Source of the DNA: a virus
Virus record (IMG/VR): IMGVR_UViG_3300025881_000002
Length of the DNA: 64,000 bases
Strand: one strand, 5' to 3'
The notes below the pieces were generated by a model. That model saw only the letters and a program-made list of their open reading frames with translations, searched no databases and was not told the DNA's origin. The translations under genes were made by a program, and so were the position numbers. Of this stretch, positions 54,863-64,000 are shown piece by piece; within the stretch, counting starts at the first letter, position 1; each line of letters opens with the position of its first letter.

Positions 54863-55444
54863 ATGATAGTAATAAAGAAATTTCAAATAAATTCAGAAGC
54901 TAATTTAATAAATGTAGAACTTGAAGCTTCAGTAGGTGAGACAGTCACTAAAGTTTTACTATGGGATAATAGAACATTTCAAAATTATAATAAAGCTGTA
55001 GACCTTACAAGCAAGTTATCTCAAACTTCTAATATAGAAGAATTTACTATTGATCTTAAAGATGTAGGTCAAAGTAGTTTTACTGGCATATACTTTATGG
55101 AAGTATCTACTTCTGACCAAGAATGTGAAGATTGTGGATTAATAGGTATAGCTGCTAATTTAATTAAATATAATGAATGTTTATTAGATAAAGTATTAAA
55201 ATATTCAGTATGTGTAACTGGTAATTGTAATGATAAATTAGAAAATAATATACTTTCTATTGATACTTTACTTGAAACAGTTACTATTTGTATAACTTCT
55301 GGTTATTATAGTGAAGCTATAGATATACTTAAAACTTTAGATAAGTTATGTGGAACTTGTGATTCTTGTAAAACACTTACTACATATTGTGGTAAATCAG
55401 GATTAAGCTTTTCTACTTTAGATAATAACTTAATACTTATATAA
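54863..55444 (+). CDS. hypothetical Cys-rich structural protein
   Basis: 193-aa ORF with multiple CxxC-like pairs (CEDCG, CVTGNC, CGTCDSC). Confidence 0.55.
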   Translation: MIVIKKFQINSEANLINVELEASVGETVTKVLLWDNRTFQNYNKAVDLTSKLSQTSNIEEFTIDLKDVGQSSFTGIYFMEVSTSDQECEDCGLIGIAANLIKYNECLLDKVLKYSVCVTGNCNDKLENNILSIDTLLETVTICITSGYYSEAIDILKTLDKLCGTCDSCKTLTTYCGKSGLSFSTLDNNLILI

Positions 55445-55827
55445 TGGAAGATAAAATATTAGTAGGATCATCTATTAAAGCTATAAATAAATCTAAAGTA
55501 TATGGAATATTAGATTTAAAAAAATTAGCTTTAATTAAATTAATAAGAAGATTAAAGAACAATCCTGGTTTTGAGTTACCATTAGGTACTACAAATAAAC
55601 TTGATGAATTAGTTAGAAATATATCTTATAAATATGATGATATATGTAACTATAGAAGTGATAATGCATTTACTGAAGTAAGTTCTAATGTTTTTTTAAC
55701 TAATACAGTTAATACAAATGAATTGTATTCTTTATGGTTATCACAAGGTAATACAGGTACACTAGCTGAATTTTTAGAATTAATACTTAAAGATGAAGAT
55801 CTAAAATTAGAATTAAATAATTGGTAA
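55444..55827 (+). CDS. hypothetical structural protein
   Basis: 127-aa ORF. Confidence 0.5.
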   Translation: MEDKILVGSSIKAINKSKVYGILDLKKLALIKLIRRLKNNPGFELPLGTTNKLDELVRNISYKYDDICNYRSDNAFTEVSSNVFLTNTVNTNELYSLWLSQGNTGTLAEFLELILKDEDLKLELNNW

Positions 55828-55834
55828 TACAAAT

Positions 55835-56134
55835 ATGAAAGATGAATTAAAATTTGTAACATGGCTTAAATCTACATCTTTACCGATATTACCTGAACCT
55901 TTGACAGTATATATAATTAAAGATAGTAATGAATTTGAATTAAAAATTACTGATAGTGATAGTAATTATTTAGATCAAGTTCCTGCAGATGTAGATATAC
56001 CTGCTCAACTTATTCAAGATGTAAATGATAATAATTTACATAGAGCTAATATGAATAACCCCCATAATGTTTTAACAAATCAAATACAAGATGGTGATGA
56101 TTTAACATTACTATTTGAAAATAACTTAATATAA
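55835..56134 (+). CDS. hypothetical structural protein
   Basis: 99-aa ORF. Confidence 0.5.
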   Translation: MKDELKFVTWLKSTSLPILPEPLTVYIIKDSNEFELKITDSDSNYLDQVPADVDIPAQLIQDVNDNNLHRANMNNPHNVLTNQIQDGDDLTLLFENNLI

Positions 56135-56135
56135 A

Positions 56136-56714
56136 ATGGCATTTAATACAAACATAAACAATGTAGTTACAAGAATAGCTACAGAATTTAAAACAATAAG
56201 AACTTTAATATCTGGTTCTGGTACAGGAGATGTATCAGCTTTAGATACTGCTTCAACCAACTTAGTAGGGGCTATTAATGAGTTACACACAGAAGTTGAT
56301 GCAATTGTCAGTGGGGGTGGTGGAGATATGTTAGCTGCTACTTATGATCCTCAGAATGTAAATGGTGATGCATTTGCACGTTCTAATATGACAGGAACAC
56401 AGTTAGCATCTACAATTAGTGATTTTGCAACACAAGTTAATAGTTTAGCACAAGCTATAGTTAATAATGTTATAGATGCTGCCCCAGGTACATTAGATAC
56501 TTTAAATGAGTTAGCAGCAGCTTTAGGAGATGATCCTAATTTTGCTACAACAATTAACACAGCATTAGGTAATAGATTAAGATTTGATGCAGTACAAACA
56601 CTTACAGCACCACAACTTACTCAAGGTCAAGATAATTTACAAGTATATAGTAGAGCAGAATTAGGAGACCCTAATACAAACTATGTAACAACCTTTGAAA
56701 CTGGATTAGCTTAA
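56136..56714 (+). CDS. tail fibre protein (phage tail-fibre repeat)
   Basis: NLVGAINELHTEVDAI and TLDTLNELAAALGDDPNFATTINTALGNR match the classic phage tail-fibre repeat. Confidence 0.7.
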   Translation: MAFNTNINNVVTRIATEFKTIRTLISGSGTGDVSALDTASTNLVGAINELHTEVDAIVSGGGGDMLAATYDPQNVNGDAFARSNMTGTQLASTISDFATQVNSLAQAIVNNVIDAAPGTLDTLNELAAALGDDPNFATTINTALGNRLRFDAVQTLTAPQLTQGQDNLQVYSRAELGDPNTNYVTTFETGLA

Positions 56715-57499
56715 TGAGTTTTGTAACAAATATACAAGCACTTGCTGGACGCATACGTGATGAGTTTAATACGTTGCGCACGGAGGTTCTTACAGTAGCA
56801 AATAATTTAAGTGACGTTGCAAATACCGCTACTGCAAGAACTAACCTAGATGTTTATAGTAAAGGGGAAAGTGCTACAGCAGCTCAAGGAACTAAAGCTG
56901 ATAATTCAGTACAGAAAACAGGAGAAACAAGTCAAACAATAAACGGGAATATAAAAGCTACAGGTTTTTTAGAATCTGAAAAAGTTATAGCAAGTTCAGC
57001 ATTAGGAGACATTATTTCTTTATTTCAAAGTAGATTTAATCTTGCTGATATGTATGGGTTTGGAGTAGCATCAAGTGTTTTATACTATAAATCTTTCAAT
57101 AGACACCAATTTTATAGTAATAAGAATTTTGATAGTGTACCAAATGGTGCAATAGAAGCTGGAACTGTTACAGCTATCAATTTTATTCACACTACAGATA
57201 GTGGACCTGTTAGTGTTCAAAGAGGTGCGAATATAGATGGTTCTATAACTGCCAGTATCAAAAGTAATAGACTTATAGTAACTATGAAAGTAGGATCTAC
57301 TATACAAGACGGTACAGATGTTCAACTAGGTACTTTACCTGTAGGGTATAGACCTGATAGAACCGTTTTTTCAAGTTGTATTCATAATAAACAAATATAT
57401 CCTTTAACTATAGAAGCTAATGGAGATATAATAGGATTTATGACTCCAGGAGGAAATCTTACAAAAGCAGAAGTAGATATGTTTTTAACATTAAGTTAA
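56714..57499 (+). CDS. tail fibre protein
   Basis: The N-terminus parallels the previous gene (IRDEFNTLRTEV; ARTNLDVYSKGES...AAQGTKAD). Confidence 0.6.
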   Translation: MSFVTNIQALAGRIRDEFNTLRTEVLTVANNLSDVANTATARTNLDVYSKGESATAAQGTKADNSVQKTGETSQTINGNIKATGFLESEKVIASSALGDIISLFQSRFNLADMYGFGVASSVLYYKSFNRHQFYSNKNFDSVPNGAIEAGTVTAINFIHTTDSGPVSVQRGANIDGSITASIKSNRLIVTMKVGSTIQDGTDVQLGTLPVGYRPDRTVFSSCIHNKQIYPLTIEANGDIIGFMTPGGNLTKAEVDMFLTLS

Positions 57500-57523
57500 G
57501 TAATAAATAATAAAATAAATAAA

Positions 57524-60343
57524 ATGGCAAACATAATACCTTGTAATCAAATAGAACAAGAAGCAGATAGACTAAAAGTTTTATTTGAACCTTGTTACAA
57601 ACTTAAAGCTTCTGATTTAGATTCTTTAGCAGATTTAGCTTATTCTTCATCTTTATGTGGAGAAAGCGGTAGTGGGGGAACTATAAATGATCAAAATAAT
57701 ATATTTAAAACTCATTCTAATACTACAATTATAGGTCAATCAAGTATTGACCCTTCTGTAGGTTTTAATGCTAGTAGAACTGTAACAGTAGAAGAAACTG
57801 AAATATTAAATGTTCCTAATACATATACTATCGTTTCACCTAATGGATTAGGAAGAGAACTAATTACTGATTATTATTTTCTTAAATTAGGTAAAGGTAC
57901 TTATGGTTCAGGTGGTACTCCAGTTACTTTTCAAAATTTCTTAAAATATAGAACTAATCAGTTAGCTACAATAACTAGTACTACAGGTTTACCTCCAGTA
58001 ATAGAATATTTAGTTGGTGATATAAACCAACCACATACTGTTGCTAATGAAACAGATAGTTATATAATATCTAATGATGAGGATCTTTTTTTTATAATAT
58101 CTGCTGACAGTGTAGATACTTTAGAATCAAGTAAAAAAATATATAGGTTTACAGGTAATGAAGGGACTTATGGTTTAAATGAAACTCCTTTTGTATTTAA
58201 TGATTTTATATTAGTAGAAGATTTAACATTAGATGATTCAGGTAATCCACCATCTTTAGATAACGATAGAATTGAAGTTAATGTTTCTAATTGTTTTCCT
58301 TATGGTCCTGCAACAGATTATGATGATATAGCAGAATCTATTAAAAACTCATTTAAAGGTATTATTGCTACAGCTGATAACACTATACATAGATTTATCA
58401 CTACTGAAAACAGATTTGGTAAAATAGGAGACAGTACTGGTATTATTAGAGATAGAGTAGTTTATGATTGGAAAGGTGTTAAAGATATAATTAATGGTTT
58501 AGAAACTATAGAAAGTGATTTTGTTTTAATAGAAAGAACTTCATTAGAACCTTTAGTATCTACAGATCCAACTTTTAATGATCCTGAAATTGTATCTATA
58601 TTTGTGCCTGATATAAATGATAAAGATGGAATTGCTGAAAAAATTAATACTGAAGAAACATATATTATAAATAATAATGATTTATTTATAACAGCTTTAA
58701 ATGAATTAGGTGATATAAAAGATCCTGAATATAGTTTATACAGATTAAATAAAGGTAATGGTACTTATGGTAATACTGGAACTCAAATATTAGGGACAGA
58801 CTTAATTCTTATTGAAACTATTTCAGATATATTTGAACAAAAACAATTAGAATGGGTATATACCCTTGGCTCTTTACAGAATAATAATTTATTTATTGGC
58901 ATAGGTGATCCAGATGCAGGAATAATAGAGATTGATACTCAATTAAATGTATTATTTAATGGATTATCAGTAGAAATAGACAATGATTTACGAGTTGATG
59001 GTACTACAGATTTAAATGATGCTATTACTAATATGACTCTACAAGATATAGAGACATTAGGTAACCCAGCATTAACAACTAAAGAATATGTAGATTTACA
59101 ATCTTTATTAAGAGAAAGCAATTCTGAATTACATCCTTTTTATGGAACAAGATTATTTCCTAAAAATGATATTAATGGTTATTCTGTAAAATTATCTTCA
59201 GATAGTCCAGTAGGATATTTTGCAGATAATCAAAGTGGAGGCATTAATGGTTATGCTGGATTTACAGCAAAGTCAGGCGGTACAGATTATTTTAGAAATT
59301 TAGTTTCTTTACAGCAATTTAGTTCTAGTTATGGAATAACAAAATATAGAGATAATGGAGGATTATATAGTTCAGAGTCTTTATTTATATTTACTGGTAC
59401 TAATGCTGGAAGTATAAGCTTTACTTTAGGTCAAAGTGCTACACCTAATTTAAACCAACAAGATGATGTTCTACTACTAAATTCAGATAGAAGTATTACA
59501 GCACCTTCCTTGACTAATGCTTTAATAGATTCTGGAGGAAATCAATCTTTAATCACTAAACAATATCTTGATGCTAATTCAGGGGGAACTGCATCTACTG
59601 GTTTAGAAGCTATTGATGAAGGTAGCGGTATTGGGTGGAGACTTATAGGAAGAGATGATACTAAGTTTTCTAATATAGGATTAGGGGCGGTTGATTTTTC
59701 TAATAGTGAAGCTTTTACTACTAACGGAGGTGCTGTTGGAGAAGATTCCTTTGCTGTAAACGCTCAAAATTCAGCGGGGGGTAGGAACTCTTTTGTATCT
59801 GGATACAGAAACACTATAGCATTAAGTGCTAATGGATATGGTAGTTTCATAGCAGGAGGAAGTCAAAATAATATAAGTGCTCAAAATTCTTTTATAGCTG
59901 GTGGTGTAGGAAATTCTATACAACCTGGCGCAAATTTTGGATTTATAGCAGGAGGAAGTAACACAGTGCAGACTAATAGTTATGGAGCTGCTTTTGGTGC
60001 TAATAACATAGCTCAAGGTAGATACTCTTTTGTATCAGGTTTTGATAATAATTCTAGGTCTTTTGGTGAATTTTCAATCGGTATAGAAGGAATAGATTAT
60101 ACACCTTCTTCTACAGATTCTTGGGTAGCTACAGATAGAATATTTAATGTAGGAAATGGTATACCGAATGGTACTTCATCAAATGCATTCACTATCTATA
60201 AAAACGGTGCAGTTCAATTACATCCAGTAACAGAAGCTAGTATTACTAATCCTACTGTAGGAATGATGATAATTGATAGTGCAGATACTAACAAACTAAA
60301 GTTCTATGATGGAACCGCTTGGAGAACAGTAAGTTTTACATAA
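57524..60343 (+). CDS. large tail fibre/spike with YadA-head-like repeats
   Basis: 939 aa. The C-terminal third carries repeated NSF(V/I)(S/A)GG-type units (GGRNSFVSGY, GYGSFIAGG, AQNSFIAGG, NFGFIAGG, GRYSFVSGF) and FNVGNG...NAFTIYKNG. Confidence 0.65.
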   Translation: MANIIPCNQIEQEADRLKVLFEPCYKLKASDLDSLADLAYSSSLCGESGSGGTINDQNNIFKTHSNTTIIGQSSIDPSVGFNASRTVTVEETEILNVPNTYTIVSPNGLGRELITDYYFLKLGKGTYGSGGTPVTFQNFLKYRTNQLATITSTTGLPPVIEYLVGDINQPHTVANETDSYIISNDEDLFFIISADSVDTLESSKKIYRFTGNEGTYGLNETPFVFNDFILVEDLTLDDSGNPPSLDNDRIEVNVSNCFPYGPATDYDDIAESIKNSFKGIIATADNTIHRFITTENRFGKIGDSTGIIRDRVVYDWKGVKDIINGLETIESDFVLIERTSLEPLVSTDPTFNDPEIVSIFVPDINDKDGIAEKINTEETYIINNNDLFITALNELGDIKDPEYSLYRLNKGNGTYGNTGTQILGTDLILIETISDIFEQKQLEWVYTLGSLQNNNLFIGIGDPDAGIIEIDTQLNVLFNGLSVEIDNDLRVDGTTDLNDAITNMTLQDIETLGNPALTTKEYVDLQSLLRESNSELHPFYGTRLFPKNDINGYSVKLSSDSPVGYFADNQSGGINGYAGFTAKSGGTDYFRNLVSLQQFSSSYGITKYRDNGGLYSSESLFIFTGTNAGSISFTLGQSATPNLNQQDDVLLLNSDRSITAPSLTNALIDSGGNQSLITKQYLDANSGGTASTGLEAIDEGSGIGWRLIGRDDTKFSNIGLGAVDFSNSEAFTTNGGAVGEDSFAVNAQNSAGGRNSFVSGYRNTIALSANGYGSFIAGGSQNNISAQNSFIAGGVGNSIQPGANFGFIAGGSNTVQTNSYGAAFGANNIAQGRYSFVSGFDNNSRSFGEFSIGIEGIDYTPSSTDSWVATDRIFNVGNGIPNGTSSNAFTIYKNGAVQLHPVTEASITNPTVGMMIIDSADTNKLKFYDGTAWRTVSFT

Positions 60344-60353
60344 TAATAAGTTA

Positions 60354-60728
60354 ATGGAAACAGTCGCAATAACAAAATTAAAATCAATACCTAATGTAAT
60401 GATAAAGTATGTGGAATTAAAAGAGATTCCACTTGATAAAGAAATAGATTATTCTCCCAATCAAGATGGAACAATATTATGTACTAAAATTTCTGACAGA
60501 GATGATGGATTAAGTTTTAGAGTAATAATGAAAAGAGGAACTAAATGGGAAGCTCACCACCATGATTGTACTGAAACATTAATAGTATGGAAAGGAGCAT
60601 TACAAGGTAATTTAAATAATACTTCAATAAAAAGAGGTGGTATATTAGAAATGAGTGCAAAGTTAATACATGAGATATATGCAACAGAAGATAGCATATT
60701 TTACGTAGAATTTAAAAATCCCCAATAA
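60354..60728 (+). CDS. cupin-fold protein
   Basis: 124-aa ORF. WEAHHHDCTETLIVWKGAL...IHEIYA fits a cupin metal-site pattern. Confidence 0.45.
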   Translation: METVAITKLKSIPNVMIKYVELKEIPLDKEIDYSPNQDGTILCTKISDRDDGLSFRVIMKRGTKWEAHHHDCTETLIVWKGALQGNLNNTSIKRGGILEMSAKLIHEIYATEDSIFYVEFKNPQ

Positions 60729-60730
60729 AT

Positions 60731-61162
60731 ATGACATTAGCAATAATAGATCTTTGGTCTATATTGGAAAGTAATGTTTTTGCAATGATAATTTACCCTT
60801 CTTTATCTGGAGTGGTGATTTGGTTTGTTAGTAAAAAACGTTATCAAGAAAAAGATTTAAAAGATAGAGATGTAAATACAGAATCAAATCAGTCAGAAAT
60901 AGTATCTAAAAATCTTGAGTTATATCAAAGAATGTTAGATGATATAGAAAAAAGATATGAAGAAAGAATATTTAAATCAGATAAAGAAAAAGAAGAATTA
61001 GAACAAATAATAAAAGAATTAAAACAAATAATATCTGAGTTAGAACAAGCTTTAATTGAATCTAGAAATTTAAATTATGAGCTTGAAGTTAAGACTAAGA
61101 AATTTGTAAATGAAATAATAAACCTTAAAGGTAGATTAGAAGAATACGAAAATGAAAATTAA
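60731..61162 (+). CDS. membrane-anchored coiled-coil protein (holin or inner-membrane spanin-like candidate)
   Basis: An N-terminal TM helix followed by a long Glu/Lys coiled coil. Its stop overlaps the endolysin start. Confidence 0.45.
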   Translation: MTLAIIDLWSILESNVFAMIIYPSLSGVVIWFVSKKRYQEKDLKDRDVNTESNQSEIVSKNLELYQRMLDDIEKRYEERIFKSDKEKEELEQIIKELKQIISELEQALIESRNLNYELEVKTKKFVNEIINLKGRLEEYENEN

Positions 61163-61778
61163 AAATGTAATATTAGATTTTGGACATGGTGGTATAGATG
61201 TTAATGGTAATTATACTACTGCTCCAGCTAAAATGTTTAAATTTCCTAATGGTGAGATAGCTTATGAGGGTGTTTTAAACAGACAAATAGGTGGTCATGT
61301 AGTTACATGTCTTAGAAGTCATTTAGATTTAAATGTGGTTACTACAGTAGCTGAAACAGATCCTAGAGATTTATCATTAGGATGGAGAGTTAGAGTAGCC
61401 AATAAGTTTAATCCTAAAGAAACTATATTTATATCTATACATAATAATGCAGGTGGAGGTCAAGGTTTTGAATTATACACAACTAAAGGTAAAACTAAAA
61501 GTGATGATTTAGCTGAAAGTCTAGCTAATAATATGGAACATACTTTTAAACAGTATGATATGAAACTAAGATATGATTTCTCTGATTCTGATAAAGATAA
61601 AGAAGTAGATTTTTATGTACTTAGAAAAACTAAGTGTCCAGCAGTTCTTTTAGAATGTGGATTCTTTGATAGCAGAAAAGACTTTGATAAATTAAAAGAT
61701 CCTATATTCCAAGCACATCTTGGATCATTTATATATACTGGAATAATAGAATTTATAAACAAAGAAAATGGTAAATAA
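61152..61778 (+). CDS. N-acetylmuramoyl-L-alanine amidase (Amidase_3) endolysin
   Basis: VILDFGHGG, ISIHNNAGGG, VLLECGFFDS. Confidence 0.8.
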   Translation: MKIKNVILDFGHGGIDVNGNYTTAPAKMFKFPNGEIAYEGVLNRQIGGHVVTCLRSHLDLNVVTTVAETDPRDLSLGWRVRVANKFNPKETIFISIHNNAGGGQGFELYTTKGKTKSDDLAESLANNMEHTFKQYDMKLRYDFSDSDKDKEVDFYVLRKTKCPAVLLECGFFDSRKDFDKLKDPIFQAHLGSFIYTGIIEFINKENGK

Positions 61779-62409
61779 AATAAAAAATATAAGTCTTATA
61801 GTTTTAAGTATAGCTGTAATATTATTAAGTTTTAAAGCTTGTGATGAGAAAGAAACTATCACTGTGGAAGTACCAGTTAAAATAGATGTACCTGTACCAG
61901 TTGTAGAAACTGAATTTGATACTATATATCTACCTCAACCTATTAAAGTTATTAAAGAAACTGAAATAGATTCTAGTATTTATAATAAATATTTAGCTTT
62001 AAAAGATTCTATTGTTAAAAATAAAATAGTAAAAGATGCATTAACTATAAGAGAGTATAAAGAAAAATTTGATGACTCTATACAAACTATAGAAGTATAT
62101 TCTAATGTAACAGGGACTCTTAATAAGCAACAAGTATCTTATAAAACTAAACCTCGTACAATAGCTATAGATACAGTTATAGAAACTGATATTAAGATAC
62201 CTTATAAAACTAAATTTGCATTAGGAGGTGAATTTGGAATACCTTTACAAGGAGTTAAAGATATTTATAACACACCTCAAGGTTCTGTAGTTATAGAGCA
62301 AGATTTTGTAGCTAAAGCTAATTTTTTTATAGATACTAAAAAGTTTATATATTCAGGTTCATTTGATACTGAGAAAAGAGCTTGGGTAGGTATAGCATAT
62401 AAATTTTAA
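61768..62409 (+). CDS. lipoprotein with OMP-like C-terminus (outer-membrane spanin-like candidate)
   Basis: Lipobox-like LLSFKAC followed by the acidic residues DEKE. Beta-rich C-terminus ending VGIAYKF. Overlaps the endolysin stop. Confidence 0.5.
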   Translation: MVNKIKNISLIVLSIAVILLSFKACDEKETITVEVPVKIDVPVPVVETEFDTIYLPQPIKVIKETEIDSSIYNKYLALKDSIVKNKIVKDALTIREYKEKFDDSIQTIEVYSNVTGTLNKQQVSYKTKPRTIAIDTVIETDIKIPYKTKFALGGEFGIPLQGVKDIYNTPQGSVVIEQDFVAKANFFIDTKKFIYSGSFDTEKRAWVGIAYKF

Positions 62410-62432
62410 TTATAAAATAAATGTTAAAAGTC

Positions 62433-62463
62433 TTGTATATTAAATATATAAGTTGTACCTTTG
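62433..62463 (+). promoter_or_regulatory. Bacteroidetes-type promoter
   Basis: TTG, 20 nt, TACCTTTG. The upstream block AAATAAATGTTAAAAGTCTTGTATA parallels 37707-37730. Confidence 0.6.
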
Positions 62464-62488
62464 CATTATTATTAACTAAAATTAAAAT

Positions 62489-63436
62489 ATGAAATTATTA
62501 GATATTAAGAATTTTTTAAGAAATAAACCTGGTTATTTAAAAAAATCAGGTAGAAGTTTAAGTAGAATATTACTTAGTCAAGGTTATATTGCAAGTAAGG
62601 GTGAATGTACAGTTGCAATTAAAGAAGTTAAGAATGAACTTAAAGCTTTAACTGTATCTTCACCAGAAGAAATAAAAAATAGACCTTTAAAAGTGCTTAT
62701 ATACGATATAGAGACATCTTATAATATAGTAAGTACATGGCGTGCAGGATTTAAAATTAATATTCCTCATTATGCTGTAATTAAAGAAAGAGCTATTATT
62801 TGTGTAAGTTATAAATGGGCTGGAGAAGATCAAGTATATAATTTAACTTGGGATAAAAATCAAGATGATAAATTTCTTCTTGAACAATTTATTGAAGTTA
62901 TGAATGAAGCAGATTTACTTGTAGCTCATAATGGAGATAGATTTGATCTTAAATGGATTAAAACTAGAGCATTATTTCATAGATTACCAATGCTTATAGA
63001 TTATCCTCAATTTGATACACTTAAAGTAGCTAAGAAAAAATTCTACTTTAATTCTAATAAACTAGATTATATATCTCAGTTTTTAGGAGCAGAAGGTAAA
63101 TTACCAACAGATTATCAACTTTGGGATAGAGTTATTCAAGATAAATGCCCTAAAGCATTGCAAGAAATGTTAGATTATTGTGATGAAGATGTTAGACAAT
63201 TAGAGAAAGTATATGATGTACTTGTTAATTGGGAGAAACCTAAGACACACTTAGGAGTATTGCAAGGTAAAGATAAATTAACTTCACCTATAAGCGGTAC
63301 AACAAATATAGAACATGTTAAAACTGTAGCTACAAATAGAGGTACAATTAAACATATAATGAAAGATTTAGATACTGATAGATTATTTGAAATGTCAGAT
63401 ACTAACTACAAGAAACATTTAAAATATAATAGTTAA
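62489..63436 (+). CDS. DnaQ-like 3'-5' exonuclease (RNase H fold)
   Basis: VLIYDIETS (Exo I), LVAHNGDRFDLKWI (Exo II), DYCDEDVRQLEKVY (Exo III). Confidence 0.75.
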   Translation: MKLLDIKNFLRNKPGYLKKSGRSLSRILLSQGYIASKGECTVAIKEVKNELKALTVSSPEEIKNRPLKVLIYDIETSYNIVSTWRAGFKINIPHYAVIKERAIICVSYKWAGEDQVYNLTWDKNQDDKFLLEQFIEVMNEADLLVAHNGDRFDLKWIKTRALFHRLPMLIDYPQFDTLKVAKKKFYFNSNKLDYISQFLGAEGKLPTDYQLWDRVIQDKCPKALQEMLDYCDEDVRQLEKVYDVLVNWEKPKTHLGVLQGKDKLTSPISGTTNIEHVKTVATNRGTIKHIMKDLDTDRLFEMSDTNYKKHLKYNS

Positions 63437-63486
63437 TAATATTGATAACAGGATGTACTAGATGATCTGAACAAGTTATCAAATAA

Positions 63487-63512
63487 CCCTCTCTAGATTA
63501 GAGGGGGTTTTC
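63487..63512 (+). terminator. rho-independent terminator
   Basis: CCCTCT-ctagatt-AGAGGG followed by GGTTTT. Confidence 0.55.
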
Positions 63513-63525
63513 AATTTAAAATAAT

Positions 63526-64000
63526 ATGGCTACATTAGCAGAAATTACATATGACATAAGAGAAGCTATTAAAGAGTATACAGATGACTCAGAAATAGAT
63601 GATAGATATATACATTATTTAATAAATATTAAACGTGCTAAATATCTAAAACAACGTTTAGATCAATTAGGTAGAAAGTTTAATACTAGAATACTTCAAA
63701 CATTTTGTTTAGGTACTGAAGAAGTATCTATAAATGAATGTGGATTAGATTTAGAATGTGATACTATATTAAGAACTAATAAAACATTACCTCAGTTTTT
63801 ACAACTTTCTGATAAGGATGCTATTGAAAGAATATCACCTTCTAATAGGTTGTCTAAAAAGTTTAATGTTATACCTAGAGAAAAAGCTTCTTACTTAAAT
63901 AGTTCTTATCATCCTAATAAAATAAAAACATATCTTCACAATGATGGTTATTTATATTTTATAGGTGGTGATGATATATTTTTAGAATGTGTGAGTATAA
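63526..64000 (+). CDS. hypothetical protein, 3'-truncated by the window edge
   Basis: ATG at 63526 with the frame open to the end of the window (MATLAEITYDIREAIKEY...). Confidence 0.5.
   Translation, partial: MATLAEITYDIREAIKEYTDDSEIDDRYIHYLINIKRAKYLKQRLDQLGRKFNTRILQTFCLGTEEVSINECGLDLECDTILRTNKTLPQFLQLSDKDAIERISPSNRLSKKFNVIPREKASYLNSSYHPNKIKTYLHNDGYLYFIGGDDIFLECVSI

Noticed and set aside
42203-60016. Minus-strand ORFs in the right arm: 42203-42391, 51876-52124, 55650-55862, 56351-56560, 57080-57325, 58939-59121 and 59822-60016.
   Set aside because: All are antisense to well-supported plus-strand genes (phoH, capsid, fibres). They have no start context, promoter or motif, so they are most likely spurious.
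1-64000. CRISPR arrays, rRNA genes, integrases, transposases, and toxin-antitoxin or restriction-modification genes.
   Set aside because: No regularly spaced direct repeats, rRNA-like conserved blocks or recombinase/methylase motifs were seen on either strand.

Overview
The window looks like most of a visibly AT-rich genome from a tailed dsDNA phage. The promoters are of the Bacteroidetes type: TTG, then 20 nt, then TAnnTTTG. The 5' end of the encoded tmRNA also resembles Bacteroidetes tmRNAs. No 16S/23S/5S rRNA genes, CRISPR array, integrase or transposase were seen.

Three blocks are visible:
1. Positions 1-26.3 kb, minus strand: a replication and nucleotide-metabolism arm. It encodes family-B DNA polymerase, a DnaB-like helicase, primase, a Sak4/AAA_24-like ATPase, a ThyA-like enzyme and a UDG-like protein.
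2. Positions 26.3-36.6 kb: an accessory region poor in long ORFs. It holds two tRNAs, a complete 552-nt tmRNA, several strongly structured non-coding stretches, many tiny membrane proteins, an outer-membrane beta-barrel moron and a free-standing GIY-YIG endonuclease.
3. Positions 36.6-64 kb, plus strand: early and late genes. These include a GroEL homologue, PhoH, large terminase, portal, scaffold, capsid, tail fibres, an amidase endolysin and a DnaQ-like exonuclease.

Main observations:
- A translationally coupled operon (0.5-7.8 kb) combines three unrelated carboxylate-amine ligase folds, two glutamine-amidotransferase-type amidases and a gamma-glutamyl cyclotransferase. It is fused to an atypical UDG-like gene and lies near an atypical ThyA-like gene. 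No product or role is known for this combination.
- Three essential genes (helicase, ATPase, thyA) are each split by td-like group I introns. Two of the introns carry extra ORFs that are not endonucleases.
- The phage tmRNA encodes an unusually long tag with a non-canonical ending.
- Two orphan structured-RNA loci are present: one of about 0.75 kb, and one of about 320 nt with its own promoter and terminator.

All calls rest on by-eye motif and structure reading of the sequence and ORF track. No searches were run.
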